Below, piece by piece: positions 9,524 through 18,889 of a stretch of 64,000 nucleotides of DNA (position 1 is its first letter; each line of letters opens with the position of its first letter). Both the position numbers and the translations under genes were made by a program. The DNA comes from Clostridia bacterium (GTDB lineage: Bacteria > Bacillota > Clostridia > Oscillospirales > CAG-272), in NCBI GenBank assembly GCA_024405755.1, contig JAKSOD010000002.1:13729-77728 (forward strand), given 5' to 3'. The notes beneath the pieces are model-generated. The model did not search any database. It had not been told where the DNA came from and was given only the letters and a program-made list of their open reading frames with translations.

Positions 9524-11087
9524 TATGTGAATCCTTCCGTGTCACTTTCGGTCGTACGCCCGCGTCGCGTTTCAGCCGTTTTTCCGCAGCTGCCTGCGCC
9601 AACGCCTTTTCGTCAAACGGATGCCGCCCCGCGGCATCAATTTCGTACTGCTCATGTCCTTTTCCGGCAAGCAGTATTACATCTCCACATTTTGCATTAT
9701 CAACTGCGTATTCTATCGCTGATTTGCGATCAACTATGACCGCATGAGGAGTACGGCGGTCAAGTCCTTTTGTCATTTCAGATATTATGTCGATCGGACT
9801 TTCACTTCTGGAATTATCGCTCGTCAGCACAACGAAATCTGCCATATGCGACGCGATCCTTGCCATTTCCGAACGCTTGCTCCGGTCACGGTCTCCTCCG
9901 CACCCGATCACAAGCCACAGCCTGCCGTCGCCGGACGTAAAATCACGTGCCGTGCGGAGCAGATTTTCAAGTGCGTCGGGAGTATGTGCGTAGTCGATAT
10001 ACAGTCTTGCGGGAAAACCCGCTCCGAGACGTACCCGTTCAAGTCTTCCCGGAGTTCCCGAGAATGACGATAACGCTTCCGCGACAGCTCTCGCCGAAAT
10101 TCCGTATTCACAGGCACACGCTGCGGCTTCAAGTGAATTCATCACCGTGAAGCTTCCGGGCACCGGACACTTTATTCTCCGTATAATCGATGCAGATCGA
10201 AGAGTATAGGCTATTCCACCGTCTGACACCGAGGTATCCGGCAAAGCAATGTCTTCCGCGAAATAATCAGTCCGTCTGTCGCGTGCCGAAGCGGTAACCA
10301 TACGGCATCCGCATCCGAACGCTCTTGCATACGAAAGGTATCTGTCTGCCCATTCGTCATCGGAATTTATTATCGCCCTTCGGCATTTTGTGAGCAGCGA
10401 CGCTTTCGCGAGAAAATAATTTTCCATATTCCCGTGAAAATCAAGATGTTCCGGCGTCAGGTTGGTAAAAATCGCCGTGTCGAATGTCAGCGGATCGAGT
10501 TTTCGCAGAGCAAGCGCGTGTGACGTTGCCTCAATGAAAACATACTCTGCCCCGTCCCTCCGCATCTGATCAAGCGCATAATACAACTGCTCGGGATCCG
10601 GAGTCGTCATATTTGCATTTCCGTCGGCGTTTTTCAGATCAAGTTCACGCTTCGGAGTCAGACTTCTTACAGTTCCGATAATACCGGACGGATGCATCGC
10701 CGCTGAAAAAATCGAATGGAGCATATACGTCACGGTGGTTTTGCCGTTGGTACCGGTCACGGCGATCAATTTAAGATCACGTGCCGGTTCGGCGTACCAT
10801 GCGTTCCAAAGCCTTGCGGCAGCGGCTCTGGTGTCACTCGTATATAGGGTAGGAATCCCGTCGGGAGCGCGGTATCGCTCATCTTCCGCAAGTACCGCCG
10901 AGGCACCGTGCGACACGGCGTCGGCAATATATCGGTGAGCGTCTTGTTTCAGGCCTCGAATGCACACGAACAATGAATTCTTGCTCACCCGACGGGAATC
11001 CGTATGGATTGCTTCTATCACCGGATCTTCGTTCCCGACAGACCGGTAAAATATACCGGCACGGGAGATCAGTTCCGACAGTTTCAT
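9513..11087 (-). CDS. murE: UDP-MurNAc-dipeptide--diaminopimelate ligase MurE
   Basis: TGTNGKTT, TTPDP, DYAHTPD, GCGGDRD, SDNSR, AGKGHE. Confidence 0.95.
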   Translation of the reverse strand: MKLSELISRAGIFYRSVGNEDPVIEAIHTDSRRVSKNSLFVCIRGLKQDAHRYIADAVSHGASAVLAEDERYRAPDGIPTLYTSDTRAAAARLWNAWYAEPARDLKLIAVTGTNGKTTVTYMLHSIFSAAMHPSGIIGTVRSLTPKRELDLKNADGNANMTTPDPEQLYYALDQMRRDGAEYVFIEATSHALALRKLDPLTFDTAIFTNLTPEHLDFHGNMENYFLAKASLLTKCRRAIINSDDEWADRYLSYARAFGCGCRMVTASARDRRTDYFAEDIALPDTSVSDGGIAYTLRSASIIRRIKCPVPGSFTVMNSLEAAACACEYGISARAVAEALSSFSGTPGRLERVRLGAGFPARLYIDYAHTPDALENLLRTARDFTSGDGRLWLVIGCGGDRDRSKRSEMARIASHMADFVVLTSDNSRSESPIDIISEMTKGLDRRTPHAVIVDRKSAIEYAVDNAKCGDVILLAGKGHEQYEIDAAGRHPFDEKALAQAAAEKRLKRDAGVRPKVTRKDSHNEG

Positions 11088-11211
11088 ATATGGACCTCCG
11101 GAAAGTGTTTTTTTATTTCAACTTCCGGCTCACGGTCGTCAGCCCATTATTTCCGTGTTTTTGCTTTGTTATTCGTTTTTCATGATAATATTTTTAAAGA
11201 GGATAATTTTT

Positions 11212-13512
11212 TCAGTCTGTCACGTCAACATATCTGAAAGTAACGGTCACAACATCGCCTCGCGTTCCTATGGAGTTCGCGGCAGGATACTGTGCTATCG
11301 CTTTCGCACCGGAGCCGGCGTTATAGTTCGTGGTACCGTCAATGCGGATATTGAATCCTGCATTGATTATGGTCCGGTTGGCGGCTGATGCCGACATGCC
11401 GACTACATTCGGAATCACCAGGTCGTTCTCCGGAACTGCCTCGTCTCCGACGTAAAGGACAACTTTTCCGTTTTCTTTGACGAGCGTACTTCCCGCGGAT
11501 GGTACCTGTGCGGTGACAACGGTACCTACACCCACAATTTCACAGGAAAGTCCCATTTTTTCAATGGCGGTCTTGGCGTTGTATGCGACATCTCCGCGAT
11601 ATTCTCCGATCTCAACTTCCATCTTCGCTGCCTCGGCATCGGTGTACTTTGCCTCAACTCCGAGATACGGAAGCATCTGACTCAGACAATTTGCTATATA
11701 AGGTGCCGCCACCACGCTGCCGTACAGGCTGCCCTGCGTCGGCTCGTCAACAACTATCATTATGGCGATCTCGGGATCATCAGCAGGAGCGTAAGCAACG
11801 CACGAGCCGATTCTCATACTCTCGTTATCCCCTATCTTTTCGGATGTTCCTGTTTTGGCTGCGACGCGGTAACCCGCGACGTAGGCGTTCTTCGCACCGC
11901 CGTCTCCGGCAACGCCTTCTTCAAGTATCTTTGATACTCTCTCACACACAGAAGTGCTTACTACCTGACGTATCGGTGTGCTGTTGTGCTTCCACACAAT
12001 ATTCCCGTCCGAATCTGTGATATGATCCACAAGATACGGCTGAACAAGATATCCGCCGTTGGCAACAGATGCCACGGAGGTCAGATGCCTGATTGAACTC
12101 ACTTTGAAGTTCTGACCGAAGGAAGCAGTCGCCAACTGAACGATATTGAACTCGCTGCGGTTCCAGAAATACGTACTTCCCTCACCCGGAAGATCAATAC
12201 CTGTCTTTTCAAGATATCCGAAATTTTTGACGTAATCGTAAAAAGCCGATGCGCCGACACGCTGTCCCACGGTTATGAGTATGGGGTTGCAGGATTGCTG
12301 TAATCCCTGAGCAAAATTCAGGTTTCCGTGACCGCGTACTTTGTGACAGTGTATCTTCGTTCCCGCAAGTGTGATCGATCCGGTGCAGGTGAACTGATCC
12401 GATTCCTTGACCGCTCCGGTTTCAAGTCCCATTGCGGAGGTGATTATCTTGAATGTGGATCCCGGAATATATGTATCGGTAATCGCCTTATTTGACCACA
12501 TTTTCAGAAGCAATTCTGACCGGAGTGAAGAATACTCGCTGCTGCCGGATACATATCCCGACTTTTCAAGTTGATCCCGATATACGTCACAAAGCGTCCA
12601 CGCATTGTTGCTGTCAAAATCCGGATAGGTCGCCATTGCATACACCGCCCCGGTTTTTACGTTCATTACCACTCCGCATACACCAGCAAGGGAGCCGGAT
12701 TCAAGGTAGGTGGATTCAAGCTGCTCTTCGAGGATCGACTGGATCTTCACATTAAGCGTCGTATGCAGATCATAGCCGTCCACCGCGTCAATATAACTCT
12801 GGTATTCATAAGGCATTTCGTTGCCGAATGAATCGCGTGCTATTATATATTTCCCCGGAGTTCCCGCAAGTTCCTTTTCGTAGGAATATTCAAGTCCGTA
12901 AAGTCCGTTTCCGTCGGTACCTGTAAAACCGATTACGTGAGTTGCAAGGTCTCCGTATACGTAATATCTTTTTGCGGTTGCCTCGGCATAAAGAACATTA
13001 CCGAGTTTGTTTTCCGAAATGAACTTCAGTACCTTATCGGCGGTATCCTTATCCACATTGCGCTTGACTGTGGCATCAAGGCTTCCCTTCTTCTTTGTCA
13101 GATCCATAACGGTCTGATACTCTACTCCGAGTATCTCGGAGAGTCCGCGGGAAATCACCTCGTCTATATGTTCACGGTCGATACCGTCGTTTTTCTTTTC
13201 GCTGCCCGTCTTTTCCTTTTCTTTTCGTGCGTCGGACATCATTGTCTGTATTCCCGAAGGGGAAATAAAAATACGGTATGCGGTGATATCAGTTGCAAGC
13301 AGCTCGCCGTTTGAATCGTAAATGCTTCCGCGTTCGGGACTGATAGTGGATTCTGTTGTCAGCTGATCCACAACTTTTTTCTGATAAAAATCAAAATCGA
13401 CCGTTTGCAGACTGAGTATTCTGATGGCGACTACGGCGAATCCCGCAACAATACACGCGAACACGATATACGCGCGTCTGACTAACGCCGTGCTTATTCT
13501 GGTTCTTCTCAT
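11212..13512 (-). CDS. spoVD: Class B penicillin-binding protein SpoVD/FtsI with two PASTA domains
   Basis: RGSIYD, SxxK in PGSTFK, SCN, KTGT; C-terminal PASTA-like repeats (AQVPSAGS, PNVVGMS...AQYPAA). Confidence 0.85.
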   Translation of the reverse strand: MRRTRISTALVRRAYIVFACIVAGFAVVAIRILSLQTVDFDFYQKKVVDQLTTESTISPERGSIYDSNGELLATDITAYRIFISPSGIQTMMSDARKEKEKTGSEKKNDGIDREHIDEVISRGLSEILGVEYQTVMDLTKKKGSLDATVKRNVDKDTADKVLKFISENKLGNVLYAEATAKRYYVYGDLATHVIGFTGTDGNGLYGLEYSYEKELAGTPGKYIIARDSFGNEMPYEYQSYIDAVDGYDLHTTLNVKIQSILEEQLESTYLESGSLAGVCGVVMNVKTGAVYAMATYPDFDSNNAWTLCDVYRDQLEKSGYVSGSSEYSSLRSELLLKMWSNKAITDTYIPGSTFKIITSAMGLETGAVKESDQFTCTGSITLAGTKIHCHKVRGHGNLNFAQGLQQSCNPILITVGQRVGASAFYDYVKNFGYLEKTGIDLPGEGSTYFWNRSEFNIVQLATASFGQNFKVSSIRHLTSVASVANGGYLVQPYLVDHITDSDGNIVWKHNSTPIRQVVSTSVCERVSKILEEGVAGDGGAKNAYVAGYRVAAKTGTSEKIGDNESMRIGSCVAYAPADDPEIAIMIVVDEPTQGSLYGSVVAAPYIANCLSQMLPYLGVEAKYTDAEAAKMEVEIGEYRGDVAYNAKTAIEKMGLSCEIVGVGTVVTAQVPSAGSTLVKENGKVVLYVGDEAVPENDLVIPNVVGMSASAANRTIINAGFNIRIDGTTNYNAGSGAKAIAQYPAANSIGTRGDVVTVTFRYVDVTD

Positions 13513-13558
13513 ATTCGCTGTCCGGCCTTTCTGCTTTTTCGGGACCGCAGCGAATCAG

Positions 13559-13590
13559 ACGGGCTGCGGCGTCATATCGCCGCAGCCCGT
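13559..13590. repeat. 13-bp GC-rich intergenic inverted repeat (hairpin) between the ftsL-like gene and the PBP gene
   Basis: ACGGGCTGCGGCG-TCATAT-CGCCGCAGCCCGT; no U-tract on the minus strand. Confidence 0.6.
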
Positions 13591-13650
13591 TGTGTATCCG
13601 CTCCGCACGGAGCCTGCGGCTATGACAATTTTATTTTCGGAGTTGTGTTT

Positions 13651-14598
13651 TTATTCGTTTCCGACGCGAATTCCCAATGCACTCAGCAGCGCAAGTACTG
13701 CGGCACTTCCGGATTTTTCTTCGGTGGTGCACTTTTCGATCATATCAGTATTTTTAAGTCTCAGATAGCGAAAAGTGGTCTGATCAAGACGGATCATACC
13801 GTATTGATTTATTGCCGTTTCCTCAATAACCCGAAGATCGTTTTTCTTTTCAAGTTCCACCCGGAGTTCCTCAGCTTCGGCATCAAGTGTGCGGAGTTCC
13901 TTCTGAAGTTCCCCGATTTCCGATGTTGTGTTATTTATCATTACATTCAGCATGATCGGGATGGTCAGCACAAGTGCAAATACAAGCACAAGAGCAATTC
14001 CGGCAATGGGACTGCCGAGTGTTTTTACACCGCGGGGTTTCCCCACCTCTTCCGACGGAAACCACTTCTTGGCTTTTTCGGCAAGTTGACGCATACGTAC
14101 TGCCGAGGCGGACTCCTCGCGTTCCACCTTTGCCGCAACACGTCTTTCTCCGTCAATCACAAGTTCACGGCTTCCGGAGAATCCTGCGTCGTCAGAGCCT
14201 TCCTCGCGGGTTTCAAGCACGCGGTACGGAGCGGCAGGTCTGACTTTCAGTTCGTCAGCGGATACTTTCCCGCAGTTTCTCGCCACTTTTCCGGCTTCTC
14301 TTCCGGTAGTGACGGAAAACAGCTTCTTGGCGTCCTCAACGGTCATATATGCTTCATTGGCTGCAGCTCCGCTGCGATAACGGTCAAAGTAATCGTGCTC
14401 CATTATCTGTCCGCAGCGATATGCCGCACTATCTTCCTGCATTGCCTTCATTTCCCGCTCGCGGTACTCTGAAGCAGTCTGACGGGCAGAACGAACCACA
14501 CCTTGCTCAGCATACCGCGTTTTAAGTGCGGTATATGCATTCTCGTATGATGCTTCGGAAACGGGATTGTATTCGGCTCTTACAGCAGATGCGTTCAT
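13651..14598 (-). CDS. ftsL: FtsL-like bitopic coiled-coil protein with an unusually long N-terminus
   Basis: Position between rsmH and the PBP gene; TM helix (IAGIALVLVFALVLTIPIML) followed by a heptad coiled coil and DLRVIEETAINQYGM. Start placed at ATG 14598 after GGAGGAAAGG. Confidence 0.65.
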   Translation of the reverse strand: MNASAVRAEYNPVSEASYENAYTALKTRYAEQGVVRSARQTASEYREREMKAMQEDSAAYRCGQIMEHDYFDRYRSGAAANEAYMTVEDAKKLFSVTTGREAGKVARNCGKVSADELKVRPAAPYRVLETREEGSDDAGFSGSRELVIDGERRVAAKVEREESASAVRMRQLAEKAKKWFPSEEVGKPRGVKTLGSPIAGIALVLVFALVLTIPIMLNVMINNTTSEIGELQKELRTLDAEAEELRVELEKKNDLRVIEETAINQYGMIRLDQTTFRYLRLKNTDMIEKCTTEEKSGSAAVLALLSALGIRVGNE

Positions 14599-14665
14599 TT
14601 CTGTTTCCTTTCCTCCGACATAAGTCGGCATTTTTATCTTTCCGGTGTTTTTGTGATGTCGGATC

Positions 14666-15625
14666 TTATTCCGCCAATTTGCGGAATGCTCTGAGCTTTG
14701 CGCTGTGTGAACGGAAATTACGTTTAAGTTCCTCGTTTCCCGGGACTATCGGCTTGCGGCTTACAAGTTCAACCCGCGGCTTTCGTCCGCACACACAAAC
14801 GGGGAAATCACGCGGGCAAATACATCCCTGCGCAAGTTCTGCGTACGTTTCCTTCACAAGCCTGTCTTCGAGGGAATGGAATGTAATGATCGCCGCCACT
14901 CCTCCGGTTTTCAGTCTGTCACAAGCACATTTTATCGTTTTGGGAATGATTTCGAGTTCCCCGTTGACTTCTATCCTGATTGCCTGAAATGTTCTCATTG
15001 CGGGATGATGATTCTGAGAACGCCCTCCGTCGGGAAGTGCCGCCCGGATTATCTCAACAAGTTCTCCCGTGGTCTTTATCGGTCTTTCTTCTCTTTCAAT
15101 GCAGATCCTGTCGGCAATACGGGAAGCATATTTTTCTTCCCCGTAATCTCTGAGTATACGTACGATGTCATCTCTGTCGTATCCGTTTACCACCCGTGCG
15201 GCGTCGAGTTCCGACGTACGGTCCATCCTCATATCGAGAGGTGCATCGGCGACATAGGAAAAGCCTCTTTCTGCGTTATCGAGCTGATATGATGAAACAC
15301 CGAGATCAAGAAGGATACCGTCGATCTTCTCTATTCCCATATCGTCGAGGACGGAAGCGAAATCGGCGAAATTGGAATGTATGACTGTCGCACGATCGCC
15401 GAAGCGCGACAAACGCCCGGAGGCGACTTTAACGGCGTCGGAGTCACGGTCGAGTGCGATCAGTCTTCCTGTTGTCAACCTTTCCGCAATAGCGGAGGAA
15501 TGCCCGGCACCGCCTGCGGTGCCGTCAACGTAAATCCCGCCCGGCTTGATGTCGAGAACTTCAATGACCTCGTCAAGCATTACGGGTTTATGTGAAAATT
15601 CTATATTACCTTGTCCGTTCATCAT
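14666..15625 (-). CDS. rsmH: 16S rRNA m4C1402 methyltransferase RsmH (MraW)
   Basis: HKPVML, DGTAGGAGHS, DLGVSSYQLD, RTFQAIRIEVN, FHSLEDR, RSHSAKLR. Confidence 0.97.
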   Translation of the reverse strand: MMNGQGNIEFSHKPVMLDEVIEVLDIKPGGIYVDGTAGGAGHSSAIAERLTTGRLIALDRDSDAVKVASGRLSRFGDRATVIHSNFADFASVLDDMGIEKIDGILLDLGVSSYQLDNAERGFSYVADAPLDMRMDRTSELDAARVVNGYDRDDIVRILRDYGEEKYASRIADRICIEREERPIKTTGELVEIIRAALPDGGRSQNHHPAMRTFQAIRIEVNGELEIIPKTIKCACDRLKTGGVAAIITFHSLEDRLVKETYAELAQGCICPRDFPVCVCGRKPRVELVSRKPIVPGNEELKRNFRSHSAKLRAFRKLAE

Positions 15626-15639
15626 TCTGAGATTCGAAA

Positions 15640-16068
15640 TCAGAGTCCGAAACTTTCAAGAGTTTCCCTGAGGGCATCAACGTCGGATTCGGCTTTGAGG
15701 CTGTCATATTCTTCGACAGACCAGATCTCAACGCTCTTTCCGCAGCCCACAATTACGGCAGTACCGGAAATCCCGGAAAAATCCACCAGTCCCTGATTTA
15801 TCACTATTCGTCCCTGAGAGTCGGGAACAAGGGTATCGGCGTTTTCATTGAAGAATCTCATTGCCTTCTCACGGTCTTTGGTGGGAAGGTTTTCAATCTT
15901 GCCGACATACTTTTCCCATTCTTCGACGGAACAAACTTTAAGGGAGTGATCTCTGATGCTCGGATATATCACAATAGGCGAACCGAGTGCGTCGCGATGT
16001 CTCGACGGAAGGAACAGTCTGTTCTTACTGTCGAGAGTATGTCTGTATGTTCCCGTAATCGGCATCAT
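15640..16068 (-). CDS. mraZ: Transcriptional regulator MraZ
   Basis: Two SpoVT/AbrB-like repeats, DSKNRLFLP and DSQGRI; VEIWS; first gene of the dcw cluster. Confidence 0.93.
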   Translation of the reverse strand: MMPITGTYRHTLDSKNRLFLPSRHRDALGSPIVIYPSIRDHSLKVCSVEEWEKYVGKIENLPTKDREKAMRFFNENADTLVPDSQGRIVINQGLVDFSGISGTAVIVGCGKSVEIWSVEEYDSLKAESDVDALRETLESFGL

Positions 16069-16227
16069 AATGCGCTCCGTCCTCCTTTCCCTTTGTCAAT
16101 CCTTTTTGTTCTTTGTTATCTTGTTTTCTGCTGTCGCGGTTCGGTTCAAAAAAGTAACAGAACGCCGTCCGTTTCAGCGAGTATTGCCCCACCTTCGGTG
16201 AAAAGCGGAGCTGACTTATGGAATTTT

Positions 16228-16256
16228 AAACCATTTTGCTCCAAAACTCGCCATTT
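16228..16256 (-). promoter_or_regulatory. Putative MraZ operator: three TGG-core boxes at exact 10-bp spacing
   Basis: CCA at 16231, 16241 and 16251 on +; minus strand reads ATGGCG-AGTT-TTGGAG-CAAA-ATGGTT just downstream of the promoter. Confidence 0.55.
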
Positions 16257-16268
16257 CGGTGTGGATTT

Positions 16269-16297
16269 ATTATACTATACATCATTTCATTGTGCAA
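16269..16297 (-). promoter_or_regulatory. Sigma-A-type promoter of the dcw cluster
   Basis: Minus strand TTGCAC-17 nt-TATAAT. Confidence 0.7.
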
Positions 16298-16609
16298 GAG
16301 GGTAAATACAATTTGAGCAAAAAAATTGCAATTTTTTGTCGCAAATTTCGTCCCGATACCCTTAAAGCCACTCTATTCACTGACAATTTGCGGGATGTTA
16401 CCTTGTTTTTGTAATAATTGTTAATTTCTTCCTTTATGTGACCTTCGAATCGGACAAATATCACGCCTTCCGCGACGGGAAAAATAAAAAAGCACACGCG
16501 TTCAAGTCCTTTCGACCCGGAATGCGTGTGCCTTTTTCGACTCATTTTTCTCATCCCCGTTTTTTGCGGAAAACGGGGAAGCAGAGTTTTCAATTCCCGA
16601 AAACAAAAG

Positions 16610-16648
16610 GGGAAATGTAAAAACCCGGTCTGAGTTCTTACATTTCCC
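16610..16648 (-). terminator. Intrinsic terminator after the cofE-like gene
   Basis: GGGAAATGTAA / TTACATTTCCC inverted repeat followed on the minus strand by CTTTTGTTTT. Confidence 0.6.
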
Positions 16649-16665
16649 GAACAGTATTATTATTA

Positions 16666-17859
16666 TCAGTTGGTATAGTTATCGAAATAACCCTGGATCC
16701 AAACGATCGGTGTTCCCTTGTCACCCGAGCCTGAAGTCAGGTCGCAGAGTGATCCGATAAGGTCGGTAAGGCGGCGGGGAGTGGTTCCCTCGGAGACCAT
16801 TTTACCGGTAAGGTTTGCATCTTTGGAACGGATAACGCCTTTGATCGCTTCTTTCAGAGCGTCGCCTTCAAGGCCTGCAAAATCATTATCGGCAAGATAC
16901 TTCATCTTGACTTCATTAGGCTGTCCTTCAAGACCTGCGGTATACGCGGGAGCAACCACCGGGTCGGCAAGTTCCCAGATCTTACCGACGGGATCTTTGA
17001 AAGCACCGTCGCCGTAGATCATTACTTCAACCTTTTTGCCCGTTTCTTTATAGACACGTGCCTGAATATCATCAACAACGCTCTGGCATTCACGGGGAAA
17101 GAGTTTTACGGTATCCTCGGTAGCCTTATTGGATCCGAGAAGTCCGTATTGCTCATTGAATCCGCTTCCGTTGACGGAGGACGAAAGGATCTCGTCCATT
17201 CCGGAAACGATTTTTGCACCGGCACCGCGGAGAAGTCTCTTGGAACGTTCACGTGAATGAATGTCACAGCAGATAACATTCTTGGTATAATTGAGGATTG
17301 CGCGGGCATCATTTGCAAGAATAACTTCGCACTTGCATCCGACGGACTCTACAAGTTCACGGTAGAATGTGATATAATCAACGCCGGTAAAACGGTGTTT
17401 GCGGTAACCGAAAAGTTCGCGGTACTTGGCTTCTGTGAGAATATCGGTATAAGGATTGATACCGGCAGCATCAAGATCATCAAGTGTGATAAGATGGTTG
17501 CCCACCTCGTCAGAGGGATAACTGAGCATAATATAGAGTTTTTTAAGTCCCATTGCCATACCCTTGAGGCAGATGGAGAAACGGTTGCGTGAGAGAATCG
17601 GGAAAATAATACCGGCTTCGCCGTCGGGGAACTTTGCCTTTACGTCAGCGGCAATATCGTTGACGGTAGCGTAGTTGCCCTGCGCACGGGCGACAACGGA
17701 CTCGGTGACGGCAATCACGTCACGGTCGCGGATCGCAAGTTCCTTGCTTTCCACTGCTGCTCTGATGACGCTGTCGGCAACGATCTCGGCGATATTATCG
17801 CCATTACGGATAATGGGCGCGCGAACGCCGCGGGAAACTGTTCCGATAAGTCTTTCCAT
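16666..17859 (-). CDS. Coenzyme F420-0:L-glutamate ligase-like (CofE family) protein of unknown function
   Basis: RAPIIRNGDNIAEIV, DVIAVTESVVARAQGN, DLTSGSGDKGTPIVWIQG resemble the CofE fold. Start placed at ATG 17859 after AAGAGG. Confidence 0.75.
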   Translation of the reverse strand: MERLIGTVSRGVRAPIIRNGDNIAEIVADSVIRAAVESKELAIRDRDVIAVTESVVARAQGNYATVNDIAADVKAKFPDGEAGIIFPILSRNRFSICLKGMAMGLKKLYIMLSYPSDEVGNHLITLDDLDAAGINPYTDILTEAKYRELFGYRKHRFTGVDYITFYRELVESVGCKCEVILANDARAILNYTKNVICCDIHSRERSKRLLRGAGAKIVSGMDEILSSSVNGSGFNEQYGLLGSNKATEDTVKLFPRECQSVVDDIQARVYKETGKKVEVMIYGDGAFKDPVGKIWELADPVVAPAYTAGLEGQPNEVKMKYLADNDFAGLEGDALKEAIKGVIRSKDANLTGKMVSEGTTPRRLTDLIGSLCDLTSGSGDKGTPIVWIQGYFDNYTN

Positions 17860-17943
17860 TTTTTGTTCCTCTTTTTTATTCAGATTCATTTAGATTCTTT
17901 TATAAACTTAATAAATACTATATTATCACAAAAACCGCAAATA

Positions 17944-17972
17944 ATTATACTACGATAGGAAATAAAAGTCAA
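17944..17972 (-). promoter_or_regulatory. Sigma-A-type promoter
   Basis: Minus strand TTGACT-17 nt-TATAAT. Confidence 0.65.
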
Positions 17973-18041
17973 GCAGATTTACTTAATTTAATGGAAATTT
18001 TTTTGAAATTTCAGTATCTTTCTTCGAGTGAAAAAAAGAGA

Positions 18042-18755
18042 TCAGTCATTGCCGAAACCCGGAAATTTTCTGAAATCGCAGAAGTCCTCCACGGCAAGGT
18101 CAACTCCTCCCACGTCAATAAATTTTTCCTTCGCCGCCCCAAGTCCGAGCGCGACCACGTAGGCTGCACCCGCGCGTCTTGCCGCAAGAACGCCGGAAAG
18201 AGAATCCTCAAATACAATACAGTCTTCACACTTCTGACCGATCGCGGCAGCGGCACGCAGATATATCTCCGGCTCCGGTTTTCCGACAAAACTACCGTCG
18301 TCATAAACGACCTTATTCCGGTCAAACCACTTCGTCAACCCGAGTTCGGGGCTCTCAAAATAGAAATTCACGTTTCTGACTTCCGATCCCGTGGCGATCG
18401 TTATTGGATACCCCTGATCTTTGAGCCAGTCGAGAAATTCCGCAGCACCGTCTACAAGTCTGAATGTATCGCTGATTCTGCATCTGCGTCGGTATTCGGC
18501 CTCTTTTTCGTATGACATCTGTTCGATTTGACGGTCGGTCAGTTCACCGAAAAAATCCGTGAGGATCTGAGCGTTGTCTCTGCCGAGCACGCGCTTTTCA
18601 AGATCTTCATCCGTTACCTCACCGCCTCCGTTCGCGGGAACAAATTCCCGCCAGACCTGACAGTGGATGGGCGAATCGTAGATCAGTGTGCCGTTGAAAT
18701 CAAAGATCACGGCTTTTACTTTTTTATTCTTCGCATTTTTATTCTGTATATTCAT
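18042..18755 (-). CDS. HAD-superfamily phosphatase (beta-phosphoglucomutase-like, subfamily IA)
   Basis: IFDFNGTL (motif I variant), ATGS, KPEPEIY, FEDSLSG. Confidence 0.85.
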   Translation of the reverse strand: MNIQNKNAKNKKVKAVIFDFNGTLIYDSPIHCQVWREFVPANGGGEVTDEDLEKRVLGRDNAQILTDFFGELTDRQIEQMSYEKEAEYRRRCRISDTFRLVDGAAEFLDWLKDQGYPITIATGSEVRNVNFYFESPELGLTKWFDRNKVVYDDGSFVGKPEPEIYLRAAAAIGQKCEDCIVFEDSLSGVLAARRAGAAYVVALGLGAAKEKFIDVGGVDLAVEDFCDFRKFPGFGND

Positions 18756-18785
18756 TCATTTTTATTTCCTTGATTTTATACTATC

Positions 18786-18814
18786 ATTTTACATCACAGC
18801 AGTCAATTTGTCAA
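18786..18814 (-). promoter_or_regulatory. Sigma-A-type promoter of the HAD gene
   Basis: Minus strand TTGACA-17 nt-TAAAAT; an overlapping TTGACT-17 nt-TAGTAT lies 8 nt downstream. Confidence 0.55.
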
Positions 18815-18838
18815 GTGCATAACATAATGCGGAAAACA

Positions 18839-18880
18839 GGGGTGTTAATATACTCATGACGAGTTTTTTAACACCCCATT
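18839..18880. repeat. Palindromic dispersed repeat, copy 1 (probable tdk terminator)
   Basis: GGGGTGTTAATATACTC-ATGAC-GAGTTTTTTAACACCCC; 22 nt (18859-18880) are identical to 42952-42973. Confidence 0.75.
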
Positions 18881-18889
18881 ATTAATTTT

